Part shown: positions 17,115 through 25,514 of the stretch, piece by piece
Layout of the letters: each line of letters starts with the position of its first letter
Position numbering within the stretch: the first letter of the stretch is position 1
Assembly: GCA_021731495.1 (NCBI GenBank)
Contig: JAKFXG010000002.1
Location: forward strand, 1-61,553
Source: Candidatus Parcubacteria bacterium
GTDB lineage: Bacteria > Patescibacteriota > Minisyncoccia > Phycocordibacterales > Phycocordibacteraceae
DNA length: 61,553 bases
Direction of reading: 5' to 3'
The notes under the pieces: model-generated
What the model was told of the DNA's origin: nothing
The model's database searches: none
The model's input: the letters and a program-made list of their open reading frames with translations, nothing else
Position numbers and translations under genes: made by a program

Positions 17115-19094
17115 GTGCGCTATATTCGAACAGTGAACTACCTCGAAGGATTAAATGATGCGCAGAAACGGGCGGTGCTCGCGGTGGATGGTCCGATATC
17201 GGTTCTTGCCGGTGCCGGAAGCGGGAAAACACGCGTGCTCACGACGCGTATCTATCATCTTGTCCGGACCGGTGTTCCCGCGAACCAAATTCTTGCCGTT
17301 ACCTTCACCAACAAGGCCGCCCGAGAAATGCGCGCCCGGGTCCGCACGATGCTCGGCGAAGATACTTCCTCGGCTGTTCCTTTCATTGCCACTTTTCATG
17401 GTCTCGGACGCGAATTACTGGAAACGTACGGGAAGGTTATGGGCATCCCCCGCTTTTTCAGCGTATACGATCGCGATGATTCGGAAAAAGCGATCAGCGC
17501 GGCGCTCAAGGCGCTTGATGTTGAAGCAAAAGAACTTTCGCCGCGTGCGGTTCTGGGGCGCATCTCGCGCGCAAAAGGGGAGGGAATGAGGGCGAATGAG
17601 TTTTACGAGAAACATACACGCTCGGGATTTGGCGCACGGATCGCCGCGGAGGCCTGGCTTCGTTACGAGAAAACACTCGCCGCAGAGAAGGCGCTCGACT
17701 TCGATGATCTCATCGCCCTTCCGACGCGGATGCTCGAGGAGCATGCTGATATTCGCGCGCTTGCGCAGGAACGCTGGAAATATATTCATATCGATGAGTA
17801 TCAGGATACAAATGAGTTACAAGAAAGACTCACCAGTCTTCTTGCAGAAAAACATAAGAATCTTTTCGTAGTGGGAGACGGCGACCAGTCGATATACGGA
17901 TGGAGAGGGGCGAAGATGGAAAACATTTTGAATTTTGAGAAAAGATACCCAGGATCTCAGACGATTATTCTCGAACGGAATTACCGTTCGACGAAAAATT
18001 TGGTTGATGCGGCAAACGCGGTTATCGAAAAGAACAAAAATCGCAAGGAGAAATACTCAACGACCGAACGCGCCGCGGGCGCGCCTATTGTGGTCCATAT
18101 GGCGCAAAGCGCCGAGGACGAAGCGCGTTGGATTGCACTAAAAATACGGGAGCTGATGAAAAGCGGGGCTACTCCCCTAAACGCGCCGCGAAGCGGCGCG
18201 TCGGGCGAACAGGTAAAACCTGTTTTAGCCGAAGAAATTGCGATATTATTTCGTACGAATTTCCAATCGCGTGCACTTGAGGAAGGATTGCTTCATGCGG
18301 GCGTGCCCTACAAGTTGCTCGGTACGCACTTCTTTGCGCGCAAGGAAGTGAAAGATGTTCTTGCATGGGTGCGACTCGCGATGGACCCTTCACGCGAGGT
18401 GGATAAGCTTCGCGCGGCGGCTTCACCATCGCGGGGTATCGGGAAAGTAACGCTCGGAAAACTTGCCGCGGGGCAGCGCTCTCTCCTGCGTGCGGGCGAG
18501 CTTGCGAAGGTTGAACAGTTTGAAAGTGTTATCGACGAACTTTCTCAGGCCGCACACTCATTAGTACCTTCTGAATTCGTGAAGCTCATCATTGAGAAGA
18601 GCGGCATGCGCCGGGCCCTCCTTGAAGAGGGGAGTGCGGATGACCGTGAGCGTTTCGAGAACGTTGAGGAAATCGCTTCAGTGGCTGCGCGACACGATGC
18701 GGTTGCTGGGCAGGAAGGTATCGCCGCCTTTCTCTCTGAAGCCGCACTGTCGAGCGATCAGGATGAGATGGATCAAGGAGAGAAAACCGGCGTCACTCTC
18801 ATGACCGTTCATGCGGCAAAGGGTCTTGAATTCGGAACGGTTTTCGTGAGCGGTATGGAGGAAGGGCTCTTCCCGCACCAGGGCATGGGTGGAGAGAAAG
18901 ACCGTGACGAAGAAGAGGAGCGTCGATTATTCTACGTGGCGATGACGCGCGCAAAAGAAAGGCTCTTCCTCACACTCGCGCGTATCCGTAAGATTTATGG
19001 CACTGATTATGCGGCAGAACCGTCGTCTTTTCTTGCCGACATCGACGGATCGCTGACGCTCTTCGATGAAACAGAGGGAGAAGAGATCTATTGA
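17115..19094 (+). CDS. UvrD/PcrA/Rep-family ATP-dependent DNA helicase
   Basis: LNDAQKRAV, AGAGSGKT, VTFTNKAAREM, DEYQDTN, VGDGDQSIYGWRGA, TVHAAKGLEF motifs. GTG at 17115 follows GGAGAG. Confidence 0.9.
   Translation: MRYIRTVNYLEGLNDAQKRAVLAVDGPISVLAGAGSGKTRVLTTRIYHLVRTGVPANQILAVTFTNKAAREMRARVRTMLGEDTSSAVPFIATFHGLGRELLETYGKVMGIPRFFSVYDRDDSEKAISAALKALDVEAKELSPRAVLGRISRAKGEGMRANEFYEKHTRSGFGARIAAEAWLRYEKTLAAEKALDFDDLIALPTRMLEEHADIRALAQERWKYIHIDEYQDTNELQERLTSLLAEKHKNLFVVGDGDQSIYGWRGAKMENILNFEKRYPGSQTIILERNYRSTKNLVDAANAVIEKNKNRKEKYSTTERAAGAPIVVHMAQSAEDEARWIALKIRELMKSGATPLNAPRSGASGEQVKPVLAEEIAILFRTNFQSRALEEGLLHAGVPYKLLGTHFFARKEVKDVLAWVRLAMDPSREVDKLRAAASPSRGIGKVTLGKLAAGQRSLLRAGELAKVEQFESVIDELSQAAHSLVPSEFVKLIIEKSGMRRALLEEGSADDRERFENVEEIASVAARHDAVAGQEGIAAFLSEAALSSDQDEMDQGEKTGVTLMTVHAAKGLEFGTVFVSGMEEGLFPHQGMGGEKDRDEEEERRLFYVAMTRAKERLFLTLARIRKIYGTDYAAEPSSFLADIDGSLTLFDETEGEEIY
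18175..18228 (-). repeat. double-hairpin palindromic element, copy c (54 nt, in frame inside the helicase gene)
   Basis: Its reverse complement reads CTAAAAC-[AGGT/ACCT]-GTTCGCCCGA-[CGCGCCGC/GCGGCGCG]-TTTAGGG. Confidence 0.7.
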
Positions 19095-19097
19095 AGA

Positions 19098-19439
19098 TTA
19101 AGCAGCTTCTTCTTCGTTGTGTGGTTTTGGCGGCGGGACATCTTTGATTTTGAGGAGGTCTTTTAACGACTCTTCGATAACCTTTCTTTCCTTTGGTTTA
19201 AGGTCATGCCGACCTTCGTAGTGGTTATCTAAAAAATCTAATGCCATGTCGACGTGCTTATCCTGCATTCCATACTGCAAATCTCGTTTTCTTTCTACAT
19301 GAGAGACAGCAGCCTTCGTCGCCTCGTTAACACGAGCGCGTCCTTGCTCGTTTAAACCGGCAAGATGTTGTAAGTGAGTAAACCTCTCGCGTGCCGGCCC
19401 ATGCTCAAGACTTACTTGTGTAAGTTTGCGGTTGTTCAT
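19098..19439 (-). CDS. hypothetical charged protein (113 aa)
   Basis: Uninterrupted ORF convergent with the helicase and divergent from rsmA. No motif recognised. Confidence 0.45.
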   Translation of the reverse strand: MNNRKLTQVSLEHGPARERFTHLQHLAGLNEQGRARVNEATKAAVSHVERKRDLQYGMQDKHVDMALDFLDNHYEGRHDLKPKERKVIEESLKDLLKIKDVPPPKPHNEEEAA

Positions 19440-19461
19440 ACAACCAGTATTGTACATCGAT

Positions 19462-20313
19462 ATGATGCGCGCCAAAAAATCGCTTGGGCTAAAACCATCA
19501 GTGCATCTGATGGTTCGCCCGACGCGTCGCCGGGCGGCGCGTTTAGGGCAAAACTTTCTCATGCACGCACGTATTGCGGAGCGCATAGCGCTCGTTGCAC
19601 AGCTTGCACCGGATGCAACGGTATTTGAAATCGGTCCGGGAACGGGCATGCTCACGCGAGAACTCCTAAAGCGTGCGGGCAAAGTAATTGCCCTTGAAGC
19701 GGATTACGAACTTTTCGAAAAGTTACGGACTGAATTTTCGTCTGAAATTGCGGACAATCGTCTCGAACTCATGCACGGCGACATACGCACGTTTGATATT
19801 TCGACGCTCCCAAAAGGGTACGTGCTCGTCGCGAACATTCCGTACTATCTCACGGGCGAAATATTCCGCATGTTCCTCGAATCAGAAAATCAGCCGAGTG
19901 CGATGACACTGCTCGTGCAAAAGGAAGTTGCCGAGCGCATCGCTCGCTCCAAAAAAGAAAGTATTCTCTCCCTTTCGGTAAAGGTGTATGGCACACCGAA
20001 GCGCGAATTTGTGGTACCTCGCGGAGCGTTCAGGCCGGCACCAAATGTGGATTCCGCGGTGCTGACCGTCCGTAATATTTCACGAAATAATTTCGCATCC
20101 CGTAGCGAAGAAGAACGATTTTTCGCGCTGATACATGCAGGATTTGCGCATAAACGGAAGTTCGTGCGCACAAACCTTATTGATGCTGGATTGATTCCGG
20201 CTAAAACCGCCGGAGGCGATTCGCCCGACGCGCCATTGAATGGCGCGTTTAGGGAGAAAGCGCGTGCCGAGGATGTCCCACTCTCCACATGGCTTATTCT
20301 TTGTCGTCTCTAA
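19462..20313 (+). CDS. rsmA: 16S rRNA (adenine1518/1519-N6)-dimethyltransferase
   Basis: LGQNFL, EIGPGTGMLT and NIPYY motifs. Carries two repeat-element insertions. Confidence 0.9.
   Translation: MMRAKKSLGLKPSVHLMVRPTRRRAARLGQNFLMHARIAERIALVAQLAPDATVFEIGPGTGMLTRELLKRAGKVIALEADYELFEKLRTEFSSEIADNRLELMHGDIRTFDISTLPKGYVLVANIPYYLTGEIFRMFLESENQPSAMTLLVQKEVAERIARSKKESILSLSVKVYGTPKREFVVPRGAFRPAPNVDSAVLTVRNISRNNFASRSEEERFFALIHAGFAHKRKFVRTNLIDAGLIPAKTAGGDSPDAPLNGAFREKARAEDVPLSTWLILCRL
19489..19548 (+). repeat. double-hairpin palindromic element, copy a (60 nt, in frame in the rsmA N-terminus)
   Basis: CTAAAAC-[CATCAG/CTGATG]-GTTCGCCCGA-[CGCGTCGC/GCGGCGCG]-TTTAGGG. Deleting it joins KSLG to QNFL. Confidence 0.75.
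20201..20254 (+). repeat. double-hairpin palindromic element, copy b (54 nt, in frame in the rsmA C-terminus)
   Basis: CTAAAAC-[CGCC/GGCG]-ATTCGCCCGA-[CGCGCCAT/ATGGCGCG]-TTTAGGG. Confidence 0.7.
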
Positions 20314-20379
20314 TGCACATGTACACGTAGATAGTCCCTATCTCCCGGCAGTGCGACTGTTATACTTGAGAGCGATACC

Positions 20380-21420
20380 ATGGGGGAAGGAATATTTAAA
20401 AATTGGCGGGTTTTAGTCTCAACACTCTTTTCGGTGGTACTTGTTGTCGGCGCATTCGTGCTTGCACGCGGTATTGAATCGCCTCCTATCGCGCAAGCGT
20501 CAGCCGAGGCCGCACTTTTGGGCGCGATTGCAGTGAAAGATTCTGACGCGGACGGCCTCCCCGACTGGGAGGAGGGACTTTATGGTACCGACCCGCGTAT
20601 TACCGACACGTCAAAACTCGGCATGACCGATGGTCAGGCAGTCGCCCGCGGCCTCATCGTGCCGAGGGCCATCGCCAATATCTCCGTCGCGACCTCATCG
20701 CCCAGTACGCCGCTTATTGTAGATAGCTCACTGCCGCCTGCGCCCGCGGAAGGTACGCTCACGGCCGCCTTTGCGAAGAATTTCTTCACCATGTACCTCT
20801 CTATGAAGGAGTTGAAAGGGGGCGCGGATCTCACTGAAGCCGACATGCAGGAGGTCGCGAGCCAGGCTCTCAGCACTCTTTCGGAAGCCATCACCATCGC
20901 GCCTGATTTCAAATCCGCAAAAGATCTCAAAATCTCTGGTTCAGGAGCGGAGGCTCTCAAAGAGTTCGCGGTGAACGCAGAAGCAATACTTCTGAAGAAT
21001 AAGAGCAGTGCTTCAAAAAGCGAACTGCTCTACTTACAAGATGCGGTTCAGAACAACGATGCTACAGGGCTTCCGCACATAGACTCGATCGCCAGGGCGT
21101 ATCGGGATTCCGCGGTCGGGCTCGCCGTACTTCCTGTGCCGCAGGAACTTGCATCAGCCAACCTTGCACTCATTAATGCGCTCATGCGTGTGAGCCAGAT
21201 CTCCGGCGACTTCGTGCAAGTGAACACTGATCCTCTCGTGACCATATTGGCTCTTCAGCAGTATTCGCCGGCGGTGCTTGCGCTCGGCACCGCGTTTAAA
21301 GACATTGGAGAAGTCTACAAAACCGCCGGCATATCGCTTGCCGCAGGAACGCCGGGCGCGTCTTTCGTGAATCTCATTACCGATGTCGCAGACAAGCAGG
21401 CAGCTGCTAAGAAACTATGA
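20380..21420 (+). CDS. hypothetical membrane-anchored extracytoplasmic protein
   Basis: N-terminal TM WRVLVSTLFSVVLVVGAFVLA; a DSDADGLPDWEEGLYGTDP (thrombospondin type 3-like) motif. Confidence 0.7.
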   Translation: MGEGIFKNWRVLVSTLFSVVLVVGAFVLARGIESPPIAQASAEAALLGAIAVKDSDADGLPDWEEGLYGTDPRITDTSKLGMTDGQAVARGLIVPRAIANISVATSSPSTPLIVDSSLPPAPAEGTLTAAFAKNFFTMYLSMKELKGGADLTEADMQEVASQALSTLSEAITIAPDFKSAKDLKISGSGAEALKEFAVNAEAILLKNKSSASKSELLYLQDAVQNNDATGLPHIDSIARAYRDSAVGLAVLPVPQELASANLALINALMRVSQISGDFVQVNTDPLVTILALQQYSPAVLALGTAFKDIGEVYKTAGISLAAGTPGASFVNLITDVADKQAAAKKL

Positions 21421-23135
21421 CCACGCGACCTTTTGCCGCGGCACTCGCAGTAGTTCTTACGATCTCCTTCGCCGTACCAGCCGCATTTTTCGTGGCGCCA
21501 CCGAAGGCGCAGGCCATATCGGTAGAAGTGGTTGGCGATATTTCCTTTCCCTCGAACATCAAGACGATGATAGAGAGCACCATCACCGCTATTAAAAGCA
21601 CTTTGTCGGCTGCGCTCGACGTCACGAACACCGCGGCAACCGTGGCGATGGAAATCAATGAATACATTCTTCAACCCCTTGCCTTCGTTCTTTCGGGAAA
21701 TCTACTGCGACTCATTACCGCTGGCGTCATAGCATTCGTCATCGGCAAGACGAACGGGACAGGTGTTCCTCAATTCGTCACTGACGTCGCATTGTCTCTC
21801 CGGACGGTCAGCGACTCGCGGGCGCTCATGTTTCTCAATCAGTACGGCCGGTATTCGAATTCTCCCTTTGCCGGGGCCATATCCTCTTCTCTGCGCAACA
21901 ATTACCTCAGTAAGACGAGTCTTGCCGGATTCTGGGCCGCCAATATGAATACGCTTGCGCGGTCGTCGCCAAATGTGAATGCGTACCTTAATGGCAATTG
22001 GTCGCAGGGTGGCGTGGCCGCATGGTTCGCACTCACAACTCAGACTCAGAATAATCCCTACTCGCTCCACCAGAATTCGCAGGAACGACTCGCTAGTCTC
22101 ATCGGCCCGGGTATCGGAGGCGCCACGGGAGCGCGCATCGCGGAACTTGGCTGGGGGAATGGTTTCACTTCGTGGTGCGGTAGTATCGGTGCCTCATATA
22201 CTCCGGGAGTAAGTGGGTCGGGTGTTAACCCTGGAGACCCTTGTATCGATAAAGATGGTAACCCGGGCATAATTAGGACGCCCGGCTCGGTCATCGTCGC
22301 GGCTCTCAATAAAGTCCTCGGGGGAGAACAGGATCAAGTGGTCCGAATGGGTAATGTAGGTCCCGAGATCACGGGAATCCTGAGGAACATCGGGACCGTT
22401 ATGCAGACGGTTAATTTTGCGTCCTCAATCCTCGGTGGCCCCGGCTCAGGCGGCCTTCTCGGTGCCGGACAGCCGTATGGATCAAACCAAAATTCACGAC
22501 TCATGCAGTATCAGGCTACACCAAGCCTTGGTGTCACCAACTCCACTGTATTTAAAAATTCGGCAACACTGCACGTGTCCGGCCCGGACATGCTACTTCG
22601 TGTGGCCGAGTACGAGGCGTCGTGGAACACGATCAGAGCCGCGGCAAACGGAGCATCTGTTTCAGTTACGAGTCTCATGAATTCGTGTACCGCCGCCGCC
22701 AATTCCGGATCAGACAATCAGGCCTTTATAGACGCGAGCGCCGCACAAGCAGCCGCTGCGCAAGTTGCGCTCTCGACGCACATCGCTCCCGTGCTCGCTC
22801 AAGCGGCAGCCGCGAGCACGACGATCGCGAATGCGCGTGCGGAGGTCCAAAGAATCCAGACCAATCTCACTTCCGGAAGTAACACGGCAAATGGCACCTA
22901 CGCGACTGATATACAAATACTTCAGACCCTGTCTCCGACCGCACTTGACGTCGCAAATATCTACCAAGAAGCACAAGCTTTCGGCACGGCCGCCGCAAGT
23001 CCCAGCGGGTCGCTCGTAGTTTCAGGAGGGTCAATCATTGACCGGATGAGTCTCCTCAGTACGAATGCAGCGGCACTGAAACCGGTCTGTCTCGAGTCTA
23101 CATATAGAAGCTCGAATCGGAGCGAGAGAGATTAA
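21417..23135 (+). CDS. hypothetical secreted protein (572 aa)
   Basis: Signal peptide ending AQA; start overlaps the upstream stop (ATGA); Ala-rich coiled C-terminal third. Confidence 0.7.
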   Translation: MTTRPFAAALAVVLTISFAVPAAFFVAPPKAQAISVEVVGDISFPSNIKTMIESTITAIKSTLSAALDVTNTAATVAMEINEYILQPLAFVLSGNLLRLITAGVIAFVIGKTNGTGVPQFVTDVALSLRTVSDSRALMFLNQYGRYSNSPFAGAISSSLRNNYLSKTSLAGFWAANMNTLARSSPNVNAYLNGNWSQGGVAAWFALTTQTQNNPYSLHQNSQERLASLIGPGIGGATGARIAELGWGNGFTSWCGSIGASYTPGVSGSGVNPGDPCIDKDGNPGIIRTPGSVIVAALNKVLGGEQDQVVRMGNVGPEITGILRNIGTVMQTVNFASSILGGPGSGGLLGAGQPYGSNQNSRLMQYQATPSLGVTNSTVFKNSATLHVSGPDMLLRVAEYEASWNTIRAAANGASVSVTSLMNSCTAAANSGSDNQAFIDASAAQAAAAQVALSTHIAPVLAQAAAASTTIANARAEVQRIQTNLTSGSNTANGTYATDIQILQTLSPTALDVANIYQEAQAFGTAAASPSGSLVVSGGSIIDRMSLLSTNAAALKPVCLESTYRSSNRSERD

Positions 23136-23140
23136 CCACT

Positions 23141-25510
23141 ATGCGCCGCTTTCTTACCGCACCACTCATCGCTCTCGCGCTTCTTATAAGTGCGACGGGC
23201 GCGTACGCGTCTGTCGCGCTTGCGCAAACTGCCGCCGATGCCGCTACTAACGCCGCTATTGATTCTGCCCAAGCCCAACAAGCCGATGCCGCCGCCCGAG
23301 CCGCCATGGAAGCAGGTGAGACCCAAGATAATGCCGAATGGGCCGCCAGGACCATCGGTCCGGAACCCAACAAGACCGTGACCGAACCGAAAGAGACCAA
23401 AGACGAGGCCTTTGGATATGTCATGACCAAGATCATGAGCCTGTTTGCGTGGCTTCTTGGCGTTGCGATAATTACGCTCGACTATGCAGTGTATTACACC
23501 GTAGTCACCATGGGTGACTTCGTGAAGGATCTTTCAGCCGTTGGTATCACCTGGCGCATATTGCGAGACATCGGGAACATTATGCTGATATTCGGCTTCC
23601 TTGCCGTCGGCATCACCACCATCCTGAACGTGGATTGGTATGGAGGGGGGAAGAAGATGCTGCCGATGCTTCTCATCTCTGCTGTCTTCCTGAATTTCTC
23701 GCTCTTCATATCCGAAGCGGTTATCGATACGGGCAATCTCTTCGCGACGCAGTTCTACACGCAGATCAAGGGGGGCAGTATTCCATCAAGCCCCTCAGTG
23801 TCTCAGGAGGCGATTGAAACCGAGGGCATCTCGAACAAGATCATGGGACAATTGGGACTTCAGACCATCTACACCGCAGGTAGGGTTAACACAGAGGTCT
23901 TCAAAGCCGGAAATACATGGCTCATCGGCTTTATGGGTATTTTGCTTTTCATGACCGCCGCATTCGTGATGTTCTCTCTCGCATTCATACTCATCGCGCG
24001 TTTCGTCATACTTATCTTCCTCATTATTCTCGCACCGATCGGTTTTGCGGGCCTCGCGGTTCCTAAACTGTCGAGCACAGCGAGTAAGTGGTGGAGCACT
24101 CTTTTTGAGCAGACCATCACCGCACCGGTCTTGTTTTTGATGCTCTATATTGCGCTTGCGATCATTACGGATGTATCGTTTCTCAGCGGAATCTGCTCCT
24201 CTTCTTCCGGAACGACCTGTTCGAAAGACTGGACAGGATTTGTGAATAACAACGACTTGTCCGGTTTCTCGAGCATGCTGCTCTCCTTCCTTGTGGCAAT
24301 GGGGCTCCTTCTTGCCGTCACCGTTTTCGCGAAAAAATTATCCGCCTTCGGTGCTGGCATGGCAACAAAAGTTGCCGGTGCACTTTCGTTTGGTGCAGTT
24401 TCGCTTGGGGGTAGAGCAACACTTGGTATGACCGGTAACTTATTGGCCAACAAGCGCATGCAAAGTTGGGCTCGGAGCAGTAGTGGTAAGTGGGGAAGTC
24501 AGTATCTGGCGAGAGCTGGAGTGTTCGCGGGTAAGGGACTCCGGAGCTCAACGTATGATGTGCGCAATATGCCGGGCGCAACTGCTGGTCTGGGGGCTCT
24601 TGGTATTGATGCTGGAAAGGGGGCAACCATTACAGCGAAACAAGCACATGACGCTCAGTACGGTGTGAAGCCGATCAAAGAATACTTCAAACATTCGGCA
24701 GAAGAACGCGAACAAGCCGGGCGCGAAATTGATTTCAAAGATGCGCAGGCAGACTTTGCGGCAGGTAGAATTACTCGAGCTGCTTACGACTCAATCGTTG
24801 CACCTGTACTTTCGAAAATGTCGACAAAGCAGCTTGAAGAACTTGGTGGCATTAAGAAGGGTGTGGATGCTCTCGTGGATAATCTTTCACCACAGCAGTT
24901 TGAATCACTTATGAAGAGCGATAAGTTGAGTGAAGCGGAAAAGGACAAGATAAAGGAAGCACGGTATAGAACTCTTTCTAACGCTGTTGCCACTGGCAAT
25001 ATTCCGGATATCAAGAAGGCAATTAACTCCTTTAGTAAGGGGGAACTTGAAGCAATGCCTGCCGACTTGCTCACTCATCAGAATCCTGCAACGGGCCAAA
25101 GACTTATTCTTGAACAACTTTCGGACAAACAAAGAGAAACCATAATTGAAAGTAAGGAGCGTACGGCTGCAGAGAAAGATTTGGTACGCAAATCCAGCCC
25201 AGGTGGAAGTGTCGAGGACATATTTAATACTGCCGGTGGCGGTGCGGCAGGCGCGGCTGCGGTGGCGTGGAGTCCGAATTTCGCGCGTCTTACTGTTCCG
25301 CAACTTGCAAAACTCCATAAAGACATTTTGCTACAACCAGCAGTCGCAGAAAAACTTACAACTGCAACTCTTATAGAGCTCCAAGAGCAAAAGAAACTCA
25401 CGCCCGCAGAGATGATTGCCATCGGCAACCATATCCGTGGGTCGGTAATAGCAAATCAAAAAACCAAAGATTATGTAACTACAGGCCCTGGGGCTGCTCT
25501 ATGGGCATAA
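23141..25510 (+). CDS. polytopic membrane protein with a large soluble C-terminal domain (tentatively TrbL/VirB6-like)
   Basis: Signal peptide, about 7-8 hydrophobic segments between residues about 95 and 440, then about 330 hydrophilic residues. The family assignment rests on architecture only. Confidence 0.7.
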   Translation: MRRFLTAPLIALALLISATGAYASVALAQTAADAATNAAIDSAQAQQADAAARAAMEAGETQDNAEWAARTIGPEPNKTVTEPKETKDEAFGYVMTKIMSLFAWLLGVAIITLDYAVYYTVVTMGDFVKDLSAVGITWRILRDIGNIMLIFGFLAVGITTILNVDWYGGGKKMLPMLLISAVFLNFSLFISEAVIDTGNLFATQFYTQIKGGSIPSSPSVSQEAIETEGISNKIMGQLGLQTIYTAGRVNTEVFKAGNTWLIGFMGILLFMTAAFVMFSLAFILIARFVILIFLIILAPIGFAGLAVPKLSSTASKWWSTLFEQTITAPVLFLMLYIALAIITDVSFLSGICSSSSGTTCSKDWTGFVNNNDLSGFSSMLLSFLVAMGLLLAVTVFAKKLSAFGAGMATKVAGALSFGAVSLGGRATLGMTGNLLANKRMQSWARSSSGKWGSQYLARAGVFAGKGLRSSTYDVRNMPGATAGLGALGIDAGKGATITAKQAHDAQYGVKPIKEYFKHSAEEREQAGREIDFKDAQADFAAGRITRAAYDSIVAPVLSKMSTKQLEELGGIKKGVDALVDNLSPQQFESLMKSDKLSEAEKDKIKEARYRTLSNAVATGNIPDIKKAINSFSKGELEAMPADLLTHQNPATGQRLILEQLSDKQRETIIESKERTAAEKDLVRKSSPGGSVEDIFNTAGGGAAGAAAVAWSPNFARLTVPQLAKLHKDILLQPAVAEKLTTATLIELQEQKKLTPAEMIAIGNHIRGSVIANQKTKDYVTTGPGAALWA

Positions 25511-25514
25511 ATAT

